A program made the translations under genes and the position numbers. DNA of 64,000 bases from Paraspadella gotoi (lineage: Eukaryota > Animalia > Chaetognatha): NCBI GenBank assembly GCA_051294375.1, contig CM119263.1:26551702-26615701 (forward strand), read 5' to 3'. A model generated the notes under the pieces. The model worked only from the letters and a program-made list of their open reading frames with translations, searched no databases and was not told the DNA's origin. Below are positions 1-11,503 of the stretch, piece after piece. Within the stretch, counting starts at the first letter, position 1. Every line of letters begins with the position of its first letter.

Positions 1-557
1 GACGAAGGGCGACCGACGACGATGACGACGACGACGAGACCTCAATTGACTGCGGTGACGACGTGATAGAGACTTTTCATCTTAAAATAAACTCAAGTTT
101 ATGTCTTTATTCTTCTTTCTTAATATATCTCGCGTAATTTAAAATTTTTTAAATCTTTTTAGTAATTCTTTTAATTGGCTCTCTTCATTCAGTGAATGAT
201 TGATTTGTATCAAACGACAATATTTTCCCGCTTCTCATCTTTGTAACGTTTTTTCATTCGAATTCTCTGTTAGCTAGGTGTCAATTTCGTTTTCGGTTTG
301 TAAATTAGAAGACTTTTGAGCCTGAATTTGGTTCTTTGCTTACATGTCCTTACGCTTCGCGGCTCGCAAATGTCTTTTCCTCAGGTCACTTTTATTATAT
401 TTACCTCAATTAATCGCATTTAATCATAATTAATCTTTTCACGTTTTATAAAAATCGTAAAGTTCGATTCGGGTTTATATTTTTCTCTCCTTCTCATCCT
501 GCGCACTCTGTCGTGCCTTCACTACACGCTTAACATCTCTCTCTCTCTCTCTCTCTA

Positions 558-615
<58 letters not shown>

Positions 616-620
616 CTCAC

Positions 621-847
621 TATCTTCCCACAATGCCCGTAGCCAAGGGTATCCGTCCCCCCAAGGGGTGTACGACCTCGGAGCAGCCCGGGCTTCAGTT
701 CGCGAGGGCTATGCCGGACCCGGGGCTGTCGGGCGGGCCCGTGGGGAAAGGGGGAGGAGAAGTTTGACGAGAGCGAGAAGAAGAAAAAAGGGTACGCTAC
801 GTGCAATACTCACAAGTAACTGAAGGACCTCGTCGCTCGTGTTTAGG
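621..847 (-). other. Two candidate spliced exons (847-814 and 725-621) of an unidentified antisense transcript upstream of the LAR Ig1 exon
   Basis: ttgcag|34 nt|gtgagt, then a pyrimidine tract ending gacag|105 nt|gtgaga. The phases join to give LNTSDEVLQLL-PRVRHSPRELKPGLLRGRTPLGGTDTLGYGHCGKI. No family recognised. Confidence 0.3.
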
Positions 848-1034
848 CTGCAAATATAGTTAACAAACAGCGAATTATCTAATTAATACCACAGTTTTCC
901 TTGATATGTAGTTTAGAGGACCCGATTCAGAAGATCAAAACTAATTTAAAAGTTAAATTCTAAAGTTACCAACAAATGAGATTTTTAAAAAGACCAAGAT
1001 GAAAAGAAGCTGAGTTTAATCTCTCTTCGTCGTT

Positions 1035-1074
<40 letters not shown>

Positions 1075-1499
1075 AGCCGATAAAAAAATGGTGAACTTAC
1101 GTGTGGAGAATGCGAATTCAACGAAAGGGATGAAAGGCGAGAAACAAAAACCAAAAGAGATTTAATGGAAGATTTAAGACAAAAGGGAGAAGATTGATAA
1201 ACGTGGAGAAAGCAGGAGAGAGAAGAGAGAAGAGGACCGAAGAGCGAGAGGGCAGAGAGATGAGAAAGAGAGAGAGAGCGACGAATTAGAGTGGAAAGAA
1301 CGTGTGAGAGAGAGCGGACGAGAGAGTGCGGAAGACAAAAGAGTGGGAGAGAAGAGAGCATGGATAGTATTAAGAGGGAGATCGAGGAGAGAGACGAGAG
1401 GAGAGCGAACAGAGAGAAGAGAAATTATTTCCAAAATCTTCACAGTGAGTTCAAATTCCGAAAGAGGATTAGAAAAAAAATATGTGAAAATGAAAGGAA

Positions 1500-1970
1500 A
1501 GGAATGAAAAAAAAAAAAAAAAAAAAAAAATCAAGAAAATGTAAAGCTGACTTAAAAAAAAAGAAAAAAAAGAAAAAGCTAAAGTAAAGTAAAGTAAAGT
1601 AAAGTAAAAGTAAATCAGTAAAAATGTAAATTAAAAGAAAAGAAAAGAAAAAGAAAAGAAAAAAGAAAAAAAGAAAAAGAGAAAAGAAGAAGAAGAAAGA
1701 AAGAAGAAAGAAAGAAAGATAAAGAAAAAGAGAAAGAAAGAAAGAAAGAAAAAGAAATGAAAGAAAGAAAGAAAGAAAAAGAAAGAAAAAAAGACAAATA
1801 AGAAAGGAAACGGAAAAAAAAAAAAAAAGAAAAAAAAGGGGAACAAAGGAAAAAAGAAGCAGGGCGACGGAAGGAGAGAAGCGCAGAAAAGAAAAGAAAA
1901 GAAAGAAGAAAAAGAAAGGAAAAGAAAAGAAAAGAAAGAAAAAGGAAAGAAAAGAAGGAAAAAGAAACAA
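1500..1970. repeat. Purine-rich low-complexity tract (A-runs, AAAG, AAAGT)
   Basis: Directly visible. Confidence 0.9.
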
Positions 1971-2339
1971 GAACGGTGCTTCCAATGTATTGCGCCGCAT
2001 TTTTTTTATTTTTACCCTTGGATCAAGAATAATAACATGACATGACATGAGTAAAAAACTTTCTTAGCCCTAGTATTCATGACATTTCAGTCTTTTATTC
2101 CTTATACTTTTNNNNNNNNNNNNNNNNNNNNNNNNNNNNNNNNNNNNNNNNNNNNNNNNNNNNNNNNNNNNNNNNNNNNNNNNNNNNNNNNNNNNNNNNN
2201 NNNNNNNNNNNNNNNNNNNNNNNNNNNNNNNNNNNNNNNNNNNNNNNNNNNNNNNNNNNNNNNNNNNTGAAATCGGCGCTAGAAATCCCTTAGATTTGAG
2301 GTTTTTTTCCTCTTTTAACAAATGAGCAACCGACTATAG

Positions 2340-2505
2340 TCGAATTATATGCATTTTTAAAGTAAGTGGGACAGACTGATGGACAGACATACCAACCGAC
2401 AGATCGACAGACAAACAGAGAGACCGACCGACGGACCGACCGACGGACCGACCAAAAAGTGACTTATAGAGTTGCTCCGTGAGTACCCGCGGCGCAACTA
2501 AAAAG
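2340..2505 (-). mobile_element. End of a probable Helentron-associated (HINE/DINE-1-like) non-autonomous element
   Basis: Degenerate (GACA/GACC)n microsatellite followed by GTGACTTATAG, an AGTTGC...GCAACT palindrome and an A/T run, the usual layout of such ends. Confidence 0.45.
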
Positions 2506-2743
2506 CGCAAAGATTTGGATAAACCCTCGACGAAAAGAATCGACAAAAGGATATATCATTTTAAAGACAAAAGGGCCACAAAATGATCGATGGAAAGAAA
2601 GACTTTCCAAGGAAAAAAAGAAAAAGGGAAAGAAAGAGTAAAGAGATGGGGTGGGGGAAAGAAAAGGGCGCTAAGGATCCTTGAAAAAGCGATAAAGTTG
2701 ATTCAAGTCGATGTGGAGTGAGACGATAAAACCTCTCGATTCC

Positions 2744-2777
<34 letters not shown>

Positions 2778-2933
2778 CCGCCGAAGTCGAGCAGACAATC
2801 GTTACTTCGAAAAGAAAAGCTCGCTCACAATAAAATTTCCATTACGCGAGGATAACGATTTCTGCTCGCGTGAATGCGAATGGAAGATGCCGATGGAAAT
2901 TCTCTCTCTCTCTCCCTGTTCTCTCTCTCTCTC

Positions 2934-2971
<38 letters not shown>

Positions 2972-3247
2972 CTCGTTCTCTCTCTCTCTCCTCTCTCTCT
3001 CCTCTCTCTCTCTCCGGGAAATCTCTCTCTTCNNNNNNNNNNNNNNNNNNNNNNNNNATGTAGTTTTCTTTGTAGTCGTTAGTCGTGGATCGTTTCTAAA
3101 GATTTTTATTGAATTTGAAAAGTGAAAGGAAAAATAAAAGATTCTATTTGAATACGACGGAATGGGTCGTTCTGTCCAGAGGTTAAATTAACTTATCTGT
3201 GATTGACTCTCTCTTTAACTTACCCTTTCCACCCAACCCTTACCCAG

Positions 3248-3388
3248 GCCCGGCCAAGATCAACGACCCACCCCGCAACCAGATCGGCGTCGCCGGCGGC
3301 ATCGCCTCCTTCTTCTGTCGCGCTTCCGGAAATCCGAAGCCAAGTTTCGAGTGGCGCAAAAACGGGAAGAGGATTTCGGGCGAGGCTG
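3248..3388 (+). CDS. Lar: LAR-type receptor tyrosine phosphatase exon, first part of Ig1
   Basis: cag|...|gtaagt. PAKINDPPRNQIGVAGGIASFFCRASGNPKPSFEWRKNGKRISGEA resembles PTPRF/PTPRD Ig1 ([27 protein letters not shown]). The following Ig1/Ig2 exons probably lie in the gap 4071-4780. Confidence 0.93.
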
Positions 3389-4931
3389 GTAAGTTGTGGT
3401 TGTTGTTGTCGTTGTTGATGGCCTGGTGGGTCGGATTGGTAAATTGTTTTATTTGACGCTGGTGGTTTCCATTGTGGCCCGGAATATTCAGGAGTGAGCG
3501 AACTAAGTGTCAGTTGTGAGATATTGCTACGCTGCAGTCCCACCTTCGCTCTTAAAAGTTACGCCTTTTGGAAGAGTTAGGGAAGATAACATGAGACTCT
3601 CCTTCCACATTAAAAAAATTGTTCAGACATCACATCACATGCAGTCTCAGAATTTCATATGAAGGTTTAAATTTTAAAAACAGAGAGCGTTTCAATGGAG
3701 ATTTTCGTTCAATCTGACCTACGCAAACAATAAACGCTCCTGTAAAACTGTAAAATATCGATTGTAAAACACTATTTCGATCCTGTTGCATCTGAGGTCA
3801 AAAGCATTTTTTCTCTTGTTCAATAATCAACATCTGATATCAAAACAAGCCAGAACAATAGACTGCCTTCTGGACGGAAAATTTTCCACTTCATTTTAAA
3901 TAGAATAAAGAATTTTTTCCTGAAAACGAATAACGTGACTGAGGTATGTTCCTGTCAAAATAGTCCAATTTAATCTGTGCAATGCTGAAGCTCTCAATTT
4001 TTTTACATTATTATTTTTTAATTATACTATATTAGAATAGTCATTGGTAAATTATTCAATCTCTCTTGTGNNNNNNNNNNNNNNNNNNNNNNNNNNNNNN
4101 NNNNNNNNNNNNNNNNNNNNNNNNNNNNNNNNNNNNNNNNNNNNNNNNNNNNNNNNNNNNNNNNNNNNNNNNNNNNNNNNNNNNNNNNNNNNNNNNNNNN
4201 NNNNNNNNNNNNNNNNNNNNNNNNNNNNNNNNNNNNNNNNNNNNNNNNNNNNNNNNNNNNNNNNNNNNNNNNNNNNNNNNNNNNNNNNNNNNNNNNNNNN
4301 NNNNNNNNNNNNNNNNNNNNNNNNNNNNNNNNNNNNNNNNNNNNNNNNNNNNNNNNNNNNNNNNNNNNNNNNNNNNNNNNNNNNNNNNNNNNNNNNNNNN
4401 NNNNNNNNNNNNNNNNNNNNNNNNNNNNNNNNNNNNNNNNNNNNNNNNNNNNNNNNNNNNNNNNNNNNNNNNNNNNNNNNNNNNNNNNNNNNNNNNNNNN
4501 NNNNNNNNNNNNNNNNNNNNNNNNNNNNNNNNNNNNNNNNNNNNNNNNNNNNNNNNNNNNNNNNNNNNNNNNNNNNNNNNNNNNNNNNNNNNNNNNNNNN
4601 NNNNNNNNNNNNNNNNNNNNNNNNNNNNNNNNNNNNNNNNNNNNNNNNNNNNNNNNNNNNNNNNNNNNNNNNNNNNNNNNNNNNNNNNNNNNNNNNNNNN
4701 NNNNNNNNNNNNNNNNNNNNNNNNNNNNNNNNNNNNNNNNNNNNNNNNNNNNNNNNNNNNNNNNNNNNNNNNNNNNNNNNGTCTTCCTCGATCTCTAAGA
4801 ACGACGTAGACTCCTATTCTTATTGTTTTTGTTTGTTTTGTTTTTTTGACGAACAGCCTCTACGTAGCCTTAGTAATTATTATCAAGTCTAGATTGTGAA
4901 ATTATCTTTTTCTTTTCCCTTTCCCTGCCAG

Positions 4932-5030
4932 GTTCGCCCGAGCCTCGAATTGTCTGGCTCAAAGACTATGTGCCTTTAGACGTTTACAACAATCAGCGCC
5001 TTCGATTGATCGAGAAAGGTAAAGCCAAGG
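4932..5030 (+). CDS. Lar: LAR exon, Ig2, with two in-frame donors (after 5018 and after 5030)
   Basis: ccag|GSPEPRIVWLKDYVPLDVYNNQRLRLIEK(GKAK)G. Donors are gtaaag at 5019 and gtaagc at 5031. Confidence 0.9.
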
Positions 5031-5955
5031 GTAAGCCAATTTCGCCGCTCGCAGCGCCTCATCCCGATCCTAGCGGAATTTAGAAGAAGCACAACCGAAA
5101 TCAAAAATTTCTGGTTTGGCAACAACAAAAAAAAATTGCTTTTTTTAAAAAAAATTTTTTTCCACTTTCTTTACGGCTTAAGTTTCGTGTTACCTCTGTA
5201 GTTATTAGTTTATATATTATTTCGAAACTTTAGTTCGTTTAGCATTTAGTTTTAGCACTTTTTATCGATTTGCTTATAAACTTCAGAACATGACGCTATT
5301 CACGTGAGACAATCCTTTCTTACTCTTTGTTAAAACCATTGTGATTATGTTCGATTGGTTGCTTTCTGTTTCGTTCAGTTTATTTAATATACATAAATTT
5401 AAAACGATTAAAAATAGATATAATATTCTTGAATTTTGATTTTTTTATAAAATTTTAAAAAATGTTAAATTGAGGCGATGTTCGAGGGAAGTTGGCTGCC
5501 AATTCGATCACAATGTGGCTTTAATCACGCCAGCCTAGTCTCCACTGTGTCTAGATTTTCCTTACGAAATTTAGATTTTCAGTGATCCTGTTTTTAACAT
5601 CAAGTGAATACAATTCCATTTCTCGTGTCGGCGAATTCACTTTACGCCTTTACTCTCACTGGATCTTGACAATAAAGAAATTTTCGGGACCTAAGCATGT
5701 GATTCACCCATACAACTTTGCTCCTCGTTTGGCTTTAGATGCAATTTGGACGATTAATCCGATCTCTCACTGATTTTTAACCAGAACAGAAAATTCATCT
5801 CAATTTTTTTCCTTTTTCCTAATTTCAAAACTCCTTCCACATTTCCCGTCCACTCGCCACTTTTTCATTTCCACATCCTCCTACCCACTACCGCCACAAC
5901 GACCACACTTCCCGCACACTTTCCCTTCCGCACACCTCCCCACACTTCCCCACAG

Positions 5956-6066
5956 GATCCCTGTTGATCCAACAGGCGAGCGAGAGCGACGAGGGAAAGT
6001 ACGAATGCGTCGCCACCAACGATAAGGGCACCATATATTCCTACGCCGCCAACTTATACGTGAGAG
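5956..6066 (+). CDS. Lar: LAR exon, end of Ig2
   Basis: cacag|[37 protein letters not shown]|gtgagg, matching [22 protein letters not shown]...ANLYVR. Confidence 0.95.
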
Positions 6067-6766
6067 GTGAGGTCGAACTTACTTTTTTTCTTTGCTCCAA
6101 CTGACTTGAGTATTGGTCACCGAGAAATATGTTTTGTTTATAAATTAACCAAAAAAAAATATTCACTTCTTCCGAGAGATGTCGTCTTCCTACCGTAAAA
6201 ACCGACAATCCCGAACACAAAATTGATACACGGTGGAACCGTTTTATCCTGACACTTTCGCACGGAATCTAATGTTTTTAATTTTTGTTTTAACTTGTGT
6301 CTCATTGTATCGAATGAAGTCTGTCTGTCCTTCTTTCTTTACTTCTTTTTTTTCTCTCTTAAACTTTTATCTTAAGTTTTCACTTTTATCTTAAGTTTTT
6401 TTTATATTTTTCACTATCTTTCTATCAATCTTTACCTTTCCAGTGTCACTATTTCTGTAAAAAAATAAAAACAAATCTCATTCTGTTCCAACTTTTTCTT
6501 TTCCCTTTTACATTTTTTTTATTTTTTGCGGTGTTTTGACAACGCAATCTTCTTTATTTTTCTAAAGCACCGTCTCTANNNNNNNNNNNNNNNNNNNNNN
6601 NNNNNNNNNNNNNNNNNNNNNNNNNNNNNNNNNNNNNNNNNNNNNNNNNNNNNNNNNNNNNNNNNGTACTTGTCTCTCTCTCTTTCTAAATCTCGTCTTT
6701 TTCTTCTCTCTCTTCTCTCCTTCTCTCGTCTCTCTCTCTCTCTCTCTCTTCAAAAAATGTTTTTAG

Positions 6767-6778
6767 TTCGAGCAAAGG
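6767..6778 (+). CDS. Lar: LAR 12-nt microexon at the meB position (adds VRAK between Ig2 and Ig3)
   Basis: (CT)n tract...ttttag|TTCGAGCAAAGG|gtaaga. It is phase 1-1 and frame-preserving, with the same length and position as vertebrate meB (ELRE). Confidence 0.75.
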
Positions 6779-6840
6779 GTAAGAGAAAAACAATACACCT
6801 AGAAATATCTCTTTCCCTCCCATCAAAGAAATTTCGATCA

Positions 6841-6896
<56 letters not shown>

Positions 6897-8089
6897 GACT
6901 TTTCGTGTCCATGTTAATTAACAATGCTTTTTACTAAAATCAAAGGATTTGGGAAGGGAAAGAGACACCAAACGAGAGTTAATGAAAGCCTGGCTAACTA
7001 TATTTAAAATGGAATTAAAAGTTTAAGTAAGTAATAAATTACTATAAAGTATTTTAGTCTGGTTTTCATCTCACTCCGGCGATCCTCTGTCCGAGTCTAG
7101 AAGGTCCTTCCGCGTCCGTATTGATTGATTGAAGCAATCAATCAATCTATGAATCAATCAAAAATTAATCCATCATCAATTCAGTTCAAAATCCATCAAT
7201 ATATCTTTATTTTCATCAATCTAACGAGTATCGACCAATCTAGCAATTAATCACGAGCTTAATTAATTATTCAAAAATTTATTTTTAGATAATAATTCCA
7301 AAAATCGTTCCCTGGATCAATCAATCAATCATTGAACGGACACCTTTCACTCTGTCGCGAAGGATCTTTGCAAAGACTATGCAGACAAATAAGGATCAAC
7401 TTTTTTTCTTATTTAAAAATTTCAGTTAACGAAAAAAAAATTTCAAATGTAAAATTGATTATAATTTATAAATTTGGATTCGAATCTCTTTCGTGTTCGT
7501 AAATCGTGAAGTCTTCTTTTTTCGTTTTGTTTTAGTTTTTGTTTTTTCTTTACGAAACAAATCAAAACATAACGCTTATTTTGGCGCAAAAAAATACTGC
7601 AAAATGAATTTTCTTTATGTTATTGTCGTCGCGCCGAGAGCTTTATGTTGCTCTCTAGTAAAATTATTGTAATAAAATCCTCGATTTAAAAAAAAAAAAT
7701 TAAAAAAAAGAGAAAACAAAAAAATCAAAAATTTCTTCTTCAAAGAAACGAAAAAAACAAAATCTTCCCTCCCTGATTTTCTTCATCAAAAAAGCCACTT
7801 CAAAACAAAAATAAAAGAACATCAACAAACAAACAAACAAACAAGCAACTTCAATACTTATTTTTTTCCCTTATGGTCAAAAACTACCCTTCCTGCTCAA
7901 CCAAAACTCTCAAAACACTCCGGAAAAAAATCGTATCATTTAAAATCAAGACTTGTCCTTGTCTTTTTTAGTTAATTGAAATGTAGTACAGACATAGATA
8001 ATAGTTTTTGAAACAATGAAAAATTCTAAAAAAATTGATTTCTTTAATTTTGTTTTTCATATATATATATTGTCTTTGAGTTAAATTAG

Positions 8090-8341
8090 ATTTCTTCGTT
8101 CCCCCACTTTCCTTCTTCTTTCATCCCTTACCCTTCACTCCCCACCATCTTCCTTAACTTTACCATCCTCACATTTTTTGGACGGAATCCCCGCTCGGTT
8201 GTCCCCCCCCCTCGCCTGCTCTCTTTGTGCTCTTCGCCTGCCGCCCCGCCCACTTTGCTCGCTTCAAAATCACACGACTGACGGGGTCGCCTTTTGATTC
8301 TTTTTTGTTTTTCCCTTAACCGCTCTCTCTCTCTCTCTCCT

Positions 8342-8423
<82 letters not shown>

Positions 8424-8813
8424 GTTTCGATTCGTGACCCGCATTTCGACGCTGCTTGCTCGTATCATCGTCGTCGATTGTTTTGTATTGTTTTTGTTTT
8501 GGTTAACGTTGTATGTTTCGACGTTAACGCGCTGGCATGCATCTTCCCCTACGGCTCTGCGCCGTCGCTGCCGTCCCTCGCCGTCCCTGCCTCCACCGCC
8601 CTACCCAACTTTCTTTCTATCCTTCGCCCTCTTCTTTCTTTCCTCTTTTTCGTCTTCGATCTTTCTCACCTTCACTGAAACACGCTCGTTGCTTTTCTTA
8701 CCTTTCCTTACTTACCCATTCAACATTACCCACCCACCTTGGTCACCCTTCCCCTCTTACAACCGCCCACCTTCCCACAACCGCCACCATCCCCCCACCA
8801 TCTTGTGTCGGGC
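8090..8813 (+). promoter_or_regulatory. 724-nt AG-dinucleotide exclusion zone before the Ig3 acceptor
   Basis: By eye, no AG occurs between 8088-8089 and the acceptor AG at 8814-8815. The zone is C/T-rich and has GCATG at 8535-8539. Confidence 0.7.
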
Positions 8814-8815
8814 AG

Positions 8816-8941
8816 TGCGCCGCGTCCCTCCCCACTTCTCCATTCCGCCCGATGGGTCGTACGAGGTGATTCCGGGCAACGACCTCAACATCACCTGCGT
8901 GGCCGTCGGGTCACCGATGCCTTTTGTCAAGTGGAGACTCG
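8816..8941 (+). CDS. Lar: LAR exon, first part of Ig3
   Basis: [42 protein letters not shown], with cag/gtgag boundaries. Confidence 0.96.
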
Positions 8942-9275
8942 GTGAGGAGAAGATGGGTCAAAATCAATCAATCAATCAAGAGATCCATCATTTAATCAAC
9001 TAGCTTAAATATTATACCGAATATTATAATGAGTTAGGTCAAATAAAACTATAAATAATGAATAAGTCCTCAACTGATAATCGCTCAAATTGACCTTGTT
9101 AATTGAGAATTTTAATCAATAAAATCAATTGTAACTTGATATCAATCAATCAATCAATCAATAGATTTTCTCGAATCAATCCATCCTCTCGATAAAACAT
9201 AAAAAACAAGAAACAATCTCTCAAATCAATCGGTCAATCAAACAATCGGTCAATCAATCATTCTTCATCTCATAG

Positions 9276-9422
9276 GCGATCGCGATCTCACGCTCGAAGA
9301 CGAAGTCCCAGTTGGCAGAAACATCCTGATGTTGACGAACATCTTGGAGTCGAGGAACTACACTTGCGTCGCATCCTCGGACTTGGGCAACATTGAAGTA
9401 GTGACCAGAGTCAAAGTCAAAG
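9276..9422 (+). CDS. Lar: LAR exon, end of Ig3
   Basis: GDRDLTLEDEVPVGRNILMLTNILESRNYTCVASSDLGNIEVVTRVKVK, with tag/gtggg boundaries. Confidence 0.95.
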
Positions 9423-10041
9423 GTGGGTCCCTTCGCGTTTTCGATTCGTTTTCTGATGATAAATTACTATGCCGAGTGGATATATCCATAATTTTGGCCC
9501 CTTTTTTATGTTTCGATTAAACTAAAAATATAGAGATTACTAAGTGAGAGATTTTAGGGTAAATTTCTAATATGTGAAATGAAATTTTTATACAAAAATT
9601 AATTCTTAATTACATTTGGAAAATAAATGTAATTTTTTTTTCAAACTTTCTTTTTTCAGATTCGGGTAAGAAATTTATTTTTTTGCAAAAAAACAAAATT
9701 ATCTCCTTTTTTTAAATATATTTTTATAACTACTTTTTCTCCGCTTAAAGGTTGATTGAAAATAGTTGAAAATTAGATAGTAAAATCTTTATTATAGAGC
9801 CTTTTCTTTTCTGCCAATTACGGTATTACCCATTTAATACTGAGAGAAAAGTACAAATGGTCGATTTCGTGGTTTTGGTCCAAACTCGTTCTGTGCCATA
9901 GCATAGAAGTTACGGTAATTTTTATAACCGATTTTTTTAAATAATATATTTTTTCCTACTTTGCTTGGAGCAACCAAAAAGAGCATTCTATTATCATGAA
10001 GGAGAGAGACCTACTTGCCATAATGATTGATTGTTTCGAGC

Positions 10042-10131
10042 GCAATTAGACTAAACATTTTCGATTTGCTTGACAGCACTTCCCAAGCAATAAGACTAAA
10101 CATTTGCGATTTGCTTGACAGCACTTCCCAA
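10042..10131 (+). repeat. 45-bp tandem duplication spanning the 3' splice site of the first FN3 exon
   Basis: gcaat(t/a)agactaaacattt(t/g)cgatttgcttgacagcacttcccaa occurs twice. Confidence 0.9.
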
Positions 10132-10191
10132 GCCTTCAACGCAGCTCAAGACCATCGAAGTAGAACACAATGCGGTCAAGCTGGATTGGAG
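10122..10191 (+). CDS. Lar: LAR exon, start of FN3-1
   Basis: ALPKPSTQLKTIEVEHNAVKLDW; the phases fit both neighbouring exons. Confidence 0.88.
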
Positions 10192-10442
10192 GTGAAGATC
10201 GATTCCATTTATACCAATTTAAATTTTCATAATCTCTCTCGGTTCCTCTTTCATGTAATAATATTATATATATTAAATGCGAATATCCTGATTTAATGGT
10301 TAGAAACAGTTTTCATTAAACTTTAATGATTTTAGAAATGAAAGAACAACCTGAACTTATTAATCGGTTTAACAAATATACAATGGAAATTGACGTAAGA
10401 AATATAAGTTATCAAAGTAATTAAAAAAATAAATTCGTTCAG

Positions 10443-10522
10443 GTTTGACCAGATGAAGGTTCAACCCATTCAGTATTTCATCATCCTCTACAAAAATCAC
10501 CGAAAAGATCAGGCCTTTACAG
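10443..10522 (+). CDS. Lar: LAR exon, middle of FN3-1
   Basis: ttcag|RFDQMKVQPIQYFIILYKNHRKDQAFT|gtaagt; the phases (2 in, 1 out) fit. Confidence 0.85.
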
Positions 10523-10636
10523 GTAAGTCGTGCAAGGGACGCGGGACGAGGTAAAAAAGTCTAGACATTTCAAAGTGGTGAAGTCAGGTGATCTGTCTCG
10601 CTCTCTCTCTCTCTCTCTCCCTCCCACCCTTTCCAG

Positions 10637-10878
10637 AAATCCCCGAGATCAACGGCCCGCCGTACCGCGTGACCGGCCTTCGTCCGCACGTCGAGTACGA
10701 ATTCCGCGTCGTGGCCGTGAACACGATCGGACGCGGTCCACCCAGCGCACCCATCTACGTGACCACGGACGAGCTGGCTCCCGACGGTCCGCCCAGGAAC
10801 GTGCGGTCGAGGCCCCTCTCTCGAACAACCATCCTCGTCCAGTGGGACGCGCCAGAGTTTCCCAACGGAAAGATCCTG
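10637..10878 (+). CDS. Lar: LAR exon, FN3-1/FN3-2
   Basis: EIPEINGPPYRVTGLRPHVEYEFRVVAVNTIGRGPPS...APDGPPRNVRSRPLSRTTILVQWDAPEFPNGKIL. Confidence 0.96.
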
Positions 10879-11155
10879 GTGAGTTTCTGTCAGTTAAATT
10901 TCGAGCTTAATAAAGTTTTTATCGAAGGGTGAAACTTAAAGTTGAGTTGTCAGCAAAATCGCTGATAGTCAAATTGAGCTATGATGCTAATAGATAAGTA
11001 TATTGATTAGTAAAAGTCAAACGTGATTGACATACGTTAGACCAGGTCTAATCAGCCGTCAGCGAAGCCTCATAACCCTTTTACCAGCAAGACAATCAAA
11101 TTCCAAGCAAAAACACAACCTTTTTCATCACAACCTTATCTCAATTCCATCTCAG

Positions 11156-11305
11156 GGATACCGCGTCTACTACACGACCAACTCTAACTTACCCATCGGT
11201 CAGTGGAAAATGGCGACGTCGAAAAACGGGGCGGAATCCGTCACCATTAGCAACATGATCCCCATGACAATGTACACCACCCGCGTTCTCGCCTTTAATT
11301 CAAAG
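11156..11305 (+). CDS. Lar: LAR exon, FN3-2
   Basis: GYRVYYTTNSNLPIGQWKMATSKNGAESVTISNMIPMTMYTTRVLAFNSK. Confidence 0.95.
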
Positions 11306-11454
11306 GTGAGGCCAAAGTGTTACAGAGCGAATGCGCTATTTTATTGTCTTTTATTGTGTTTGATGTTATTAATCTTAATGTCTAATATTATTATCAATAG
11401 TATTTTTAGTATTATAAGTATTGATATTTTAATTTATATTTCTTTTTTTTTCAG

Positions 11455-11503
11455 GGAGACGGGCCTCCATCCAAACCGGAACAAATAATTACCCAACAAG
11501 GAG
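11455..11503 (+). CDS. Lar: LAR exon, end of FN3-2
   Basis: tcag|GDGPPSKPEQIITQQG|gtgagt. A damaged duplicate lies at about 13877-13928. Confidence 0.93.

Noticed and set aside
624-750. GC-rich fold-back (CTTCCCAC...GTGGGGAAAG, CAGCCCGGG...CCCGGGGCTG) as a ribozyme or ncRNA
   Set aside because: No HDV, twister or hammerhead core could be matched. The pairing is plausible by chance at this GC content, and splice signals offer another explanation.
5583-5603. 21-nt AG/GT-flanked segment as a meA microexon
   Set aside because: Weak donor, competing AGs just upstream and an implausibly hydrophobic insert (VILFLTSR).
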